Shown piece by piece: positions 28,143 through 40,740 of a stretch of DNA of 64,000 nucleotides. The number at the start of each line of letters is the position of its first letter. The stretch's first letter is position 1. Location of the stretch: positions 387,686,001-387,750,000 of the forward strand of contig OZ024740.1 in the NCBI GenBank assembly GCA_964016885.1. The letters run 5' to 3'. Source of the stretch: Eledone cirrhosa. Lineage: Eukaryota. The notes under the pieces were generated by a model. It was not told the origin of the DNA. It saw nothing but the letters and a program-made list of their open reading frames with translations, and made no database searches. Position numbers and translations under genes: made by a program.

Positions 28143-29699
28143 AATAAAGTTTTATACAAGCCTCTTTGTTCAGATATGATATATATTTAGTGAACACAAA
28201 CTAGGGATAATAGTTTAGACTATGTAGACATGATACACCAATTCAAGTAAGGCAGTCTACTTATCTGCATAGACATTTTACATTTATATTCAATATATCA
28301 GCATATAATTCCGCATCTATCAATTTTAGACGATTACTTATTATAATCCCAAACTGTAAATTAGCTACTTATATTCCTCTTGGGTAGTATACGAGTCGAT
28401 TAATTAGTTTACTCTCCATAAAACAGATGTTTCTGTCAACTCATTGATATTGATATCCCGAAACCATAATGATGATTGCAAACGTTAACTACGGCAAAAT
28501 CTAAATTCAGAATGTAAATGGCCGTAATTTAATACTATAAGGCAATTTGTACGACACTAACGATTCAACCAATTCATAACCTGAAGGGGCTAATTAATAT
28601 GAAACTAGTCGAAGTTTACAAGAAAAACATTTTGATTTCAATTAATCTGACATTTCTTCAATTTGAGTCTATATTTCTTTACTTATTAATCTTCGCATTG
28701 GTAATTTTTCTGTCTTCTATTATCTTAACACTTCAAAGAAATAATTAATGAGTATTCATGCATTAAATGTATGTTGGTAGTAATCTTGCTTTTCTTCTCT
28801 ATTCTTTTGACACAAGCTGATTTAGAAATTTGAAAATGACCATCAAGGTGACATTTGCCTCTAAATACCTCAGCCATGCATCTGTAATGATTGTGTATGG
28901 GCGTGTGTGCTTGTGTGTAGAACAGTGAGAGGGATGTATAGAGGGATGTTTGGTGATATATACTTACGTAGTGCATATGTCTTTTATATTCCCGTGTTAT
29001 GTTTTAGTTTGTATCTATGTGTATATATATGCAAGTATGAATGCAACTATATACGTTTAATATGCACATAGATTTATATTTTTAAGGCTGGAAAAAAATT
29101 AAGAATATTCAGCGTATTCAGAAAATAAATTGGTTGAAAAGATGTGAAAGTTTCTGATAAACATAAATATTTGGCGCAAATGAAACTGTATGCACTCGTT
29201 CAATGCCCATTTATTGCTAACCTGTGGAGTTTATCACGATGATCGTTCCGGCACGTTGTTTAACGGGGAAGGGTGAACAATTTATCTATATCTGTTTGTC
29301 ATAGTGAATGAGGGTGTGTGGTGCAGAAGACAGAAAGGGCTGCAGACAAACAATTTACTTTTTGGTAAAGCTCCCACCGACCTTTTCAAGTTTCACTTCG
29401 AAAGCTATGTGGGAGTGGAGCAGGAGGTGTGTGACAGTAGCAAAAACAGGAAGAGTTAATGAGTCTGCTCTCGGTTTGTGTCTTCAGGTCAAACAACGAC
29501 TATTGGTAGAGGGCACTTGCCTTTGGTGATCAGGCTCATTGTTGATCTTTGGGGTTACTCAAGTACCCTTACTAGCAGAAAAACCACCCTTCGGCTGGTT
29601 TTCTGCTAGCATATGTAGTGTGCATATTGGTATTATAGGTAAATATATATATGTAAATTGAAAAGTAAATTGAAAAGTAAATTGACAATATCTTCTTCT

Positions 29700-30345
29700 T
29701 CGCCCACTTATTTCTGAGAGGGTCGTGGGGGCAGAGTCCTTCTCAAACACTCCTTCCAGCGAGTCTGTCAGAAGCAAACATCTCTAACTGATGCAGCTGG
29801 ATCCCAAAGCGTGACCAGCCAAGCTCATGGATGTTATCCAACTATCTTGCTCAGGGTCTACCTCTGGGTCTCTTGCCGGTTGGTTTTGCCTGTAAAATGT
29901 GTCCAGCGATTCTTTACTGAGACTTTCTAACCACATGCTCATAATATCGGAGTTATGATCTCTCAATTCAGAGAAGTAGCGGTTCTACCAGGAATGACTC
30001 TCTGGTCTCTGAGTTATGCACTTTGTCGAGTAACGTTACTCCAAAGACCCTTCGGAGGAACACGATTTTTACCGCTTTTATTTGCAATTGTATTCTTTTG
30101 GTCATTACTCAAGATTCACGATCCTCGGTAAGAGTTGGCAGGAATACCAGGAAGACAGCGAGTTTGGCTTTTACACGCCCCCTACCCCCTTCATTTGATT
30201 GCTGAGGCTGGCGCATTACTGCATCAGCTTTTGAAATTCTTGCACTTAATTCAGCCTCCTGCATTCCATCACTCATGAACACGGTTCCAAGATACTTGAA
30301 CTTCTCTAACTGCTTCAGTAGAACTCCATTCACATGTATATAAAT
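29700..30345 (-). mobile_element. RTE-type LINE 3' fragment
   Basis: LKQLEKFKYLGTVFMSDG..EAELSARISKA. Confidence 0.75.
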
Positions 30346-30467
30346 TTGAGGGACTTCTGTCCCCCCCCCGCCCATCACGCAATGTGTATGTATGTTTGTG
30401 TGAATGTATGTGTGTTTAAAATGAAGGAAAGGGATACACACATGTATGTCTCTAACTTAAAAACAGT

Positions 30468-30541
<74 letters not shown>

Positions 30542-30599
30542 TCTCTAATTTAAGAACGCCGACAAACTCACGCGTGCACAGACGCACACTGTCCTATTA

Positions 30600-31250
30600 C
30601 CACTCAAGAACTTTGGCCCCGGCAAATATCCCCTCAATTTTGGAATCGTCTGGGTTGCCTGAATTGATGGGAAAAGACTTGACGGTCTTACTCTGTGCTC
30701 CTGGTCAAGAGGCAGGTACCTTACCTGGGACGTCACAGTTAGTGACTCTTTTGCTTCTTCCCACATTCTGGATGCAGAGGTAAGGGCGAGAGCTACAGCA
30801 TCTGCAGCTGAACGGAACAAAATCCTAAAATACTGTGTTCTGTCACCTAACTACATTATCCAGCCCGTGGCGTTCGAGACGTTTGAGGGAGTCGGGCTAC
30901 TGACAGCGAGGTTCTTATCTTCACTGGCGGCTCGCCAAACAGAGGTAGCTGGTGATGTTCGTGAGGGCACTTGGTTGTTACAGCACCTCAGCCTCGCCAT
31001 CACCCCAGGTAACGTTGCGAGCGTGCTGGCTTGCCTCAAAAATTATTAGAGAGGTTTCCCAGTGCTCCTCGCTATATTGCTATCTTTTGTTCTGGTAGCG
31101 TCTCATTTGTCCACCTCTTTCGTTCGCCTGCCTTTTGTTGATGTGGTCTAAGATGCGTGTATTACCTGCTTGTGTATTTTTCCTCTTTCTTTTTTTCCTT
31201 TCCCTTTCCTTTGTATATATTATATTTGTTAGTGTTTTCGTTCTGTAACC
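30600..31250 (+). mobile_element. CRE-like non-LTR 3' fragment (RLE endonuclease)
   Basis: DGKRLDGLT..W..GRYLTWDVTV...AERNK..KY...PVAFET. Confidence 0.8.
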
Positions 31251-31261
31251 ATTATATTAAA

Positions 31262-34200
31262 CTAGCTGACGTACCCAGCTTCGCCCGGGTAAACAGATGA
31301 TAAGAGAAGACAGGTAAAATAGAAAATGACTTGTATTGGATGTTTGTCTGGTTACAGTATGAGGTGAGTCTGTGGTGTCTGTGTGATACCAAAACAGTAA
31401 AAAAAATCTTCCAGATATACCAGATTCTTCGTTGTACCGTTTGTGCATAGTATATGAACGATTCTAGGTGCCCCCACCTAGAATAGTGACCTCTAGGAGA
31501 TGGTTCATCTTCTGCCTGACTGTAAAACGTGTACCATTGCATAGACGTGGTTGTTCCACCTTTCTAAAAAGGATGATGGAAGTTCCAATCTTTTATATTA
31601 TATGTAGATATAGATAATTAATATAAAAGATGTCCGTCAATGTAAAAAAGGTCCCTATTTACTTGAAATGGTTTATACAAATGCCAAATTAATATAGATA
31701 TTGATAACATGCTTATCTATAAGTGGTCAGCTATAATAATAAAACAACAAATTATATGACACAAAAATGTATTCAGTAATTTCCAGGATCTTAGCCACTG
31801 AGTAATAGACAGTCAATGTTGCCCAGAGTTCAACTCGGGGAGGTGGCCTGGTTTGAACTCCAAATGGCGAATCCTTCAACTTCGAAAATAGAATCGTTTT
31901 GCAATATTAATCTAGCCCTGGCCGGCCATAGGGTCCAACATTTTGACAGACTCAGCATATGATGAGGTTATTACCACCGCAATCAGAAGCGATAAATTTG
32001 AAGGCAATTTCTACCAATACTTGTTGGTATTTATTGCGCAACATAGCAGTGAAAGCAATTTTTACCAATACTTGTTTGTTTTTATTGCTCATAACGACAT
32101 TAAATGACATTGAACAGAAATGATAACTCTGTCAAAGCTCACAATACTGATCAAAGGACACCAATGTCCGAATCATTTACGTCGCTTATTGATAGCATTA
32201 AAGATATGCATGCATCAGCTCAAAGCTTCATTATAGACAATATTCAGGGTTGTTCCACTGTTAGTGGTATCAATTGCAAATTTTATACCATCAGGATCGC
32301 ACACTCGAGATGCAGTTGCCGATGGCTGAATGCTGGATCATTCAAGTAGACACTGACTCGCTTGAAAGTCTGTCCCTGTGCCTTGTTGACAGTCATGGAG
32401 AAGGCCAAATTGACGGGAAACTGTCTCCTTTACCAAATGAATGGCAGTAGATCTTCACTTGGTCTCATCATGATCCTCGGAATGAGAACCGATTCCTCTC
32501 TGCCTGGAAGTTTAGCTTCTAAAACTCTTCCGATAATCAATCTCTCAACAATCAATCTGGTACCATTGCAAAGACCCATTTTATGATTGATATTTCTAAG
32601 CAATATAATCGGCATACCCTTTTTCAACCTCAAAATGTGTGGGGGAAATCCGGGTATTTGAAGTGAATTCAGATACTCAGTCGGAACATCCATATTGTTC
32701 TGCTGATTAGGCTCCATTGCATCCGCACTGACGGTCAACCATTCCTCTCCAGGAAACATTCCGGCTACTTGTGAATTTATTTCATCGACCGTTGCATTTG
32801 TATGAGTTAGAATAACGCGTTCCGATATCCAGGAGATATTCTGCCAAAAAGCATTCAAATTAGGGAACACCCAGTCAAATGGTCTGGGATTCTTACAGTC
32901 TGATTATCACCAACGTGTGGCAATTCATCGTTTCCCAACTGCATCAACCATCGACCGTAAGTCTCAGCCTCTTCATTTTGCCCGAACATACGAAGTCGCA
33001 TATTATCGTGTAATCGAAAAACTCTGAAATGGTGCCACAACGGGGACTTTTTCAGACATGCATCGACAATTTGCACTCTTTGAGCATTCCTAACAATTGG
33101 TAGCACCTGTCTGAAATCGCCCCACCAAGAACGATAGTCTTACCACCGAATAGCAGGTCACTACTGCAGATATCTCTCAAAGTTCTGTCCAATGCCTCCA
33201 GCAAATATCTGTGTGCCAAAGGAGCCTCGTTCCAAATAATCAGAGATGTATTGCGTATAAGGCCGTGAGTTCACTCAACTCATCCGGAGCCAATGGAGCC
33301 TTGAAGCATGAGTGGGAGGTCCTTCCACCACTCAGCAAAGTGGCAGCGATCCTACTGGTGGCCACAGGGAGAGCAATCTTCCTCTGAGCTCTGACTGCCG
33401 ATAACATAGTGTTGAACAGAATGTCTTTCCGGTGCCTCCTGGAGCATATATGAAAGCACAAAGTTGCTCATTAGTGGAAATCGCGTGGAGAACGCCATCG
33501 ACCAATTCTCTCTGAGATTGGGTCAACATTGGCATACGTTTATCCACAATACGTTGCTGTTCCAGTGGATCAAACTGGAATAGTTCCCTCCAATCGCGTG
33601 GCAACCGTCTAAGCTGCAATCTCATATTCAATGCTAAGACACGTTGCCGCATTTCTTTATCAGGAATTGGCAAATTGAAATATCTTAAACATTTGAAATG
33701 AACTTCAAGCAGTTGTCCAATATTGAGAAAAACAATAGCTTTCATCAAATTTTCATCATCGACCTGAAGATGATGCCTTAAAATCATCAGTCATAATTCC
33801 CCAATGGCGTTCAAATAACTCTCTTGGATCGGCAGGATTGCAGAACCCTAGAATCGTGACAAACAACTGCCTTATTTGAGCTGGCATCTGTGTTGTTCCT
33901 GCAGCTTCCATGGCGTTATTCAATTCAGCGTCATCCTGAAGGAGTCTCAGATGCTGACACACAGCCTGGCATATTTCATATTCCTCGCCAATTTTCAAAT
34001 CAGTGAAGCTCTGTTTACCTTTCGAAAAATCCTTATGCAACAGAATTCGGAGATAAAACACATCACCAGATGCTGGATGGACATTACAAACCCGTCCAAT
34101 AGTCATGCATCTCAACTTTTGTTTTCTATCATTCCATTTCTTTCCCTTCTTATACCACGTATAGTGCGAAGGGAAATCGCAGTAGAGCTTCCTTTGATCC

Positions 34201-37200
34201 GGGTCCAAAGCATGTTCCCTATTATGCTTGAACCACTCAGTCAATTCCGTCTTAGGAGGTGGTGCGTTAGCAATTCTTTCGACACCTCTTCTAGTGTCCT
34301 GAAAACAGACCATTTGCCTATTCTCTAAGTGAACCGTCAGTTTCTGAATGCTAGGTTTGCGTTCATTGAGATCAAAATCGAACAATCTCCAGCAAGCTTC
34401 GCTAGATCCAGTCGAGTGAACATCCTGGAACCTGCCAACTTCATCTCCTTGGTTCGCTTCCTCATTCCTGACATTGATCATTGCCCGATCATGACCTTTG
34501 TAAACATATTTGAATAGATATTTGCAAGCTTTCACTGAACTACAAATTTCCACATTAATATGACAACGATATTTCATAATCAAATATGGATTGTATGGCA
34601 CAACCTGTCGACCGTTTACATTTTCGACCAAACCGCCATCTGCAGACGACCGTCTTCTGTAGAGAAATGAGCATCCCCATCGTTCCAGGAAGTGTTCGTG
34701 ACAAAAGATTTCGGAAAGTGCTTACCGCATTGGCCATTTTTCATGAAAGGCGATTTCCGATTTGCCACTCCGCATTGGTTGTGCACCATTGACTTTGCCA
34801 TCAAGTTGCGTAGTGCCTCATTCTCCGGCAGTTCAGCACACACAATGCTGTCGACATCCTCAGCACATCTCAATTTGCAATCTCTATATAAAATGATCAG
34901 TAAATGTGCATGTGGCAATCCACTTTTTTGGAATTCAATTACGTATGTGAAAGCAACTATACCTCTAAAGATTCCCTCTTTTTCCACATCATCCATTATC
35001 TTTTTCAGATATCCTTTGAATACTCTTGCCACAATATCAGGACGGTCCTTTGGCTGTTGTCCTGGCAAAAGTGCATCATTAATATCAGTATATTCAGAAT
35101 TGCATGTAACCGTTATAAACAAATCTGGCTTTCCAAACTTTCTGACAATAGCCATTGGATCCTGATAGCGAATGTTAATATATCTCGGGCCGCCGATGAA
35201 CGACGATGGCAAAATGATGCGTCGACCAATTTGCTTGTAATTGGCATCATCGGCTGTTATCGCATCCTGTATATTATTATAGAATTCAGCTCTGATATGT
35301 TGCTGATGTGTAGCTATATAATTTAGCCTTTGATTTTCGATCTTTGCGAATGCCATACAACAGTATACCTGGAACAATCTGCTGGCTTGAAATAGCGCAT
35401 TTCTCTGTTGATTCCTCTTGTTCAAATGGAACGCGTAAAAGTCGCGAATCGAATTATTGTGTCTATTTCCACCTCCCTGTTGATGCTGATTCGATCATCT
35501 AAATGAACAGACATGTTCCATCGATTTTCACCTTTTGGGAATAAAAGAACATAATGCAATGGGTCGTATGCCCTATTTGACTCATTGATAGTCTTGAGAC
35601 CACCAACTCTGCGATTGAGGACGATATCTCTCGATCCAGGCTTATCGTCCATCAACACAGCAACTTCACGAAATCCTTCCGAGGCATTATATCTCCGTTC
35701 GTGTTGATTCCTTGGCACTGCGTCAGCCTTAATCACCAATATTTGCTGCTGAACATTTTGCATTTCAGCCACCAACATGAAATCCATAACATAAGGATTA
35801 CACTGTCTAAGCCATGATTGCAAATCACGAATCAAATCACTTAACCTTTGCGGTTCAAGTTCAGTTATATTTCCCGGCAACTTCATCCAACCGATCCTGA
35901 TATCCTCCTCCGATTCACTATAATCTGGATCGTTAACGTAAATTTGAGCGAATCGAGGCCTCTCTCCTGGGGTAACTTCTAAATTACCGATACAATGATA
36001 CAAACGGCCTTGAATGACTACATTCGGTTGCCATGCTCCACTCTCAAACATCTCAATAACTCTCTGCGATGCTAAAGCTAATGAATTGTTAATTTGCCGC
36101 GAATATTTACGCAGTAATCTACCTCGGTCTCCTTGATCACCCCACATACTTAGTATTTTAAACTCCGGTGATTCCTCATGATCCAGCATTCGCAAGGGTT
36201 CTATTTGAACTGCTCCTTTATGACAGCACATTGTGATCCACGTCTTTTTGTGCCTCCAAAGCAATGCCCCACAATGTGGACACTCTGCTCGTCCACCAAT
36301 CTGAAAATGACACGGTTGCCATGATCCATTTTTAATATCATTCGTTCGCCTTCTAGCCTCTTTACTGGAATGAGGAGCACTTTGGCGACACATTCTCTGA
36401 ACTTCTGTATTGCGCTGGCGCTGTTCAGCCAGCTCCTCTTCATCCATCGCAGCACGCCATTTGCTGAATTCTGACCATCTGCTGATGATGCTCAGTCAGT
36501 TCGTCTTCAACCATCGCAGCACGCCGTCACTGCTTGGCTCCAGTGTTTCGTTGGCGTTGATCAGTCAGCTCCTCTTCATTCATGGCGGCACCTCTTCGCC
36601 TCTGAAGTTCGGTGTCCCGATGGCGTTGTTCGGCCCGTTTTTCTTCATTCCTGGCTGCACACCGTCGCCGCTGTAGTTCACTGTTTGATAAAGTCGAATT
36701 GCTTTTATTATCAGTATTCATTTCGAGCAATTGTCAAAAAATGACACAATAATAAATATAAAAGATGTCCGTCAATGTAAAAAAAGGTTCCTATTTACTC
36801 CCTTCACAACTCTGTGTATGTTAGACTGACAGGCAGGCACACAGACAGGCACAAACTACGTGGCGATTGTGGAACGTCGCACGTACACACACATACAGGC
36901 ATGGAAACGCGCACACGCACGCAAACTTACACACGCACCCGTGCACTTACACACACGCACACATTCACAAATGTTGATAGTTTTTACTTTCTGTGGAACG
37001 CTGCACGCACGCACACACACATAAACATACACGCACGTACGTACACACGCACACATGTTAATAGTTATTGCTTTCCTTCCCTTCTTATTTCCACACACAT
37101 CACACACACACGTCTCTACACTGACACATATACATAGTGTATCCAACACAGCGTTCACTTTTCCTCTCTGTTTCTTACTCTCCCCTCTCACTCCCTCATT

Positions 37201-37327
37201 GGCATTATGCATATTAATTTAAGTTTGGCATCATTGAGGTGGGCGGAGTCGTTTGAAACCTATCAACCAATGATAATCGAGAATTATGACACACGGAATA
37301 CTGACATTGTTGAAATTAATATATAGA
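31262..37327 (-). mobile_element. Helitron with both termini (6066 bp) in an A|T target
   Basis: 5' end A|TCTATATATTAA at 37327; 3' hairpin ACCCGG-GCGAAG-CTGGGT followed by CTAG|T at 31265-31262. Confidence 0.9.
32230..36730 (-). pseudogene. Helitron Rep/PIF1 helicase, multiply frameshifted
   Basis: Zn-finger CPHC..CC; HUH Rep motifs PDLFITVTCN, VIEFQKSGLPHAH and YLFKYVYKG; helicase motifs APGGTGKTF, CNGTRL and TVNKAQGQT, spread over ORFs 35422, 34616, 33756, 33332, 32855 and 32430. Confidence 0.93.
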
Positions 37328-37439
37328 TGAGTTTAAAAAAAAAGAGTTAATAAATAAATAAATAAAGAGTTAATAAATAAATAAAACGTTATACTTGTTT
37401 TACCCTCCCATTTCCACTTCACCGAACGCTATTATGACT

Positions 37440-37715
37440 GTATGTGTGTGTTTGTGTAAATGTATATGTGTGAATGTATGTATATTTGTGTGAATATATG
37501 TGTGAATGTATGTATGTTTGTGTGAAAGTGTGTGTGAATGTATGTATATTTGTGTGAAAGTATGTATGAATGTATGTATGTTTGTGTAAATGTATATGTG
37601 TGAATGTATGTATATTTGTGTGAATGTATGTATATTTGTGTGAAAGTATGTATATTTGTGTGAATGTATGTGTATTTGTGTGAATCTATGTGTATTTGTG
37701 TGAACGTATGTCCGT
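37440..37715. repeat. Minisatellite with ~20 bp unit TGTGTGAATGTATGTATATT
   Basis: Direct inspection. Confidence 0.85.
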
Positions 37716-38017
37716 GTATTTTTATAAGTTTGTGTTTGCGCGATTATAGTTATATACTCATCATAGTTATATACTCATACATATAGATGTATGTATGTGC
37801 ACACTCATACGCGTCAGCGTGTAGAAAATCATAATCTCTCTATCTCTCTTATCACACACTCTCTCCTTCTATATATATGTTAGTTGAAGTGGTAGTGGTG
37901 GCGACGATATACCGGAAGTGCAACTTTGAAAAGAAGTCAATTTTAAATTATTTATTTTTACAAAATTATTTGTTTACGAAATTTAGCACATAAACTATGT
38001 AATATTCATTCATTATT

Positions 38018-38147
38018 TTTGCAACATAGAGTTACAGTCCTTTACGGTCTGAGTTCAAATCCCGCCGAGGTTAACTTTGCCTTTCATCCTTACGGGGTCG
38101 ATAAAATAAAGTACCAGTAATACACTGGAATAATTGCTGGCCTTGTG
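38018..38147 (+). mobile_element. 5'-truncated Meta-core SINE
   Basis: Core matches the other copies. Confidence 0.8.
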
Positions 38148-38795
38148 ATATTTATATATTATTATAATAAGATAAATAATTCTCCATATAAATATAGATA
38201 AATGTCTGAATATATTTTCCCTAAATTAACGTTCAAGTGGTCTTCCTTTTCTTTTTTCTTTCTTCTTTAACAATTTTAGTTTCATAATTTATATAGCTTC
38301 GTTAAATTAACAATATTCTGAAAACATTCTCAATGTTGAAAATTTTTCTAATCTCACAACTTGAAAATAAAATTTTCAACATCCTTCGTAACTCATTTGT
38401 TTATATAAACAATCAATGCATTCGCAAATTATTAATATGCATAGAGATATTTATATACATATAACCTATCCTAATGTAATAAGATAAAAATACTTGCAAC
38501 CATAATTCTTCATATAATTATATAACTCATAATATAGGTAACAAAAATCTATTCCCCCAAATTAACGTTATTCTTTTCTCTTTCTCTTCTTTCCTTATCA
38601 TAAATATTTAAATTTCCCATAGCGTCTAAAATAATGTTTTTTTCAGCCCTTTAATATACATATCATTTGCATAATCATATTAATAATTTTAAATATCTGA
38701 CTTTTCTCCTCTCTTCCCTTCACTTTCCAGGGATAACTTGAACCGTTAAGGTATATCATACTTGGTCATGTCAAATATTTATAAAACATTTTGTA

Positions 38796-38853
38796 TTTTA
38801 TCTGATGATTGCGTACCAACATTTTTGGTACCCTTGAAATATATATAATAGAA
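38796..38853 (+). ncRNA. Hammerhead-like motif in a PLE 3' relic (base of stem II mismatched)
   Basis: TTTTAT-CTGATGA-ttgcGTACCAA/TTGGTACcctt-GAAA-TATATA-TA^ATAGAA. Confidence 0.55.
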
Positions 38854-40344
38854 TAAATATGGTTTTATAAATATAGTTTCCATTTATTTAATATCAATTG
38901 AATACTTACTCCAAAACTGTCGACTGCTTTGAATCAGTTGTAAATATCTATATTTGTTGGATTTCCAACAAATTCAATATTTCTTATATATATATATATA
39001 TATTTTTTTTTTTGAGGAATGACATCCATAAAACTGAAGCGCAAATTTCAATATGCAATGCAATGTTGATCTTTTGAGAAATACCAAATATTGTTATGAC
39101 AATGTTCTGGATTTTATTAATTATATTCTGTGTTCATGAAGATTAGGACAGAGTTAGAGAGTTTATTGCTCTGTTTAGTTAACTATATAATCCACAAATA
39201 ATTATCTGTATTACTTTGACAACATTTAGTACCGTTTACCTTGTGCGCGTATCGCATTGTATTTGTTTTTATTACAGCATATCCTGAAATTGCATTTAAT
39301 GTAATGCTATATTGCAAATAAATTGCATTCAGCATCCAATAACCAATAGGTGCATATATAACGGAAAGGGTTATATTTAATTTAAAAGTTGACTTGTGCA
39401 TTATCTATACACACGATACTTCTTCTCGAGAAGGAAATGGATTAAAGACACTTTTTGAAGCACGTTTTTGTGCTTCCAGGAGCATTTCTTTATTAAATAA
39501 CCATGTTTACTCTTTTACTTTTTCTCATGGAAGAGTAAATATGTTCAATAAATAAATATAGGAATTTTGCTCTTTATTAAATTACTTCTCAATAAATTAA
39601 TAAATAGATATATAACGTATAAATAGATATGCACATAAAAACTAATAAACGCATTTAAAATCTAATTTAACTTTTAGCTAACATCAAATTTATCTACATG
39701 TTTAGAAGGAGGTGTAACATCCCGTAAAACATTTAAGAATTAAACTATAATATTACTTTTGCTCTAAGGAAAAAATATCTATCAAACAGTTGAGTATGGA
39801 AAACAAAAGAAACTTTAAATAAAAATATAATAATAATGTTAATTCTTAATTATTATTACGCGAAAATATAAAATAGTAATTACATTTCATCTTAATTCTC
39901 TAGGTTATAAAATACTTGAAGCTGAGTAAACTCAGTTTAAAATTAATAAAATAACTATTGGAAATTTGTGTAAAGCAGAAATATTAGAGTAGCGGACTAA
40001 ATGCCTTCTAGTCTACACTTTCTTAAAATTATATTCTAATTTCAAATTCCAAGAACTGGAATAATCAATTTATTCCTAAATTAATAAAAAATAATAAGAA
40101 TATGATATAATTTATGTTTTCGGCGGATTCAAGTTCTAAAGTACCTCTTTAGAAAGTAATAAATAAATGCCTATTAAATAACTAAATCACTATGCAACCT
40201 GAGTGGGAGAAAAATATTTCGCTGTAATTTTATTGGAAAACTTGCGTACTAAATGAGAAATTTGCTTAAAAGTAAATAAAAAAAAAACCAAGCGTCCACT
40301 TGACATTCTTGACACACACACGCATCCACACAAACACGCACACG

Positions 40345-40401
<57 letters not shown>

Positions 40402-40553
40402 CCCTGCCCCCATATATGTATATATGATAGTACTATGTTCAGAGCACATGCAGATGAATATGTTATATGAGTGAACGTAAGTCTGTGATTGCGAGTATAT
40501 CTGCAAGTATGTATATAATCCATAGTATGTACAGTATGTTGTAATACATATAC

Positions 40554-40630
<77 letters not shown>

Positions 40631-40687
40631 AAGTAAAATAAAGTAAAATAAATAAGTCAAATGTTTAAAATTTAGCTTCGTTTATTA

Positions 40688-40740
40688 CTGCTATATATAT
40701 TTCGGTGACAGCCATCTTTGGCTGTGACCTCTTCAGGCAG
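40688..40740 (-). ncRNA. Type I hammerhead ribozyme, mirror copy of 43999-44051
   Basis: Exact reverse complement. Confidence 0.9.
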
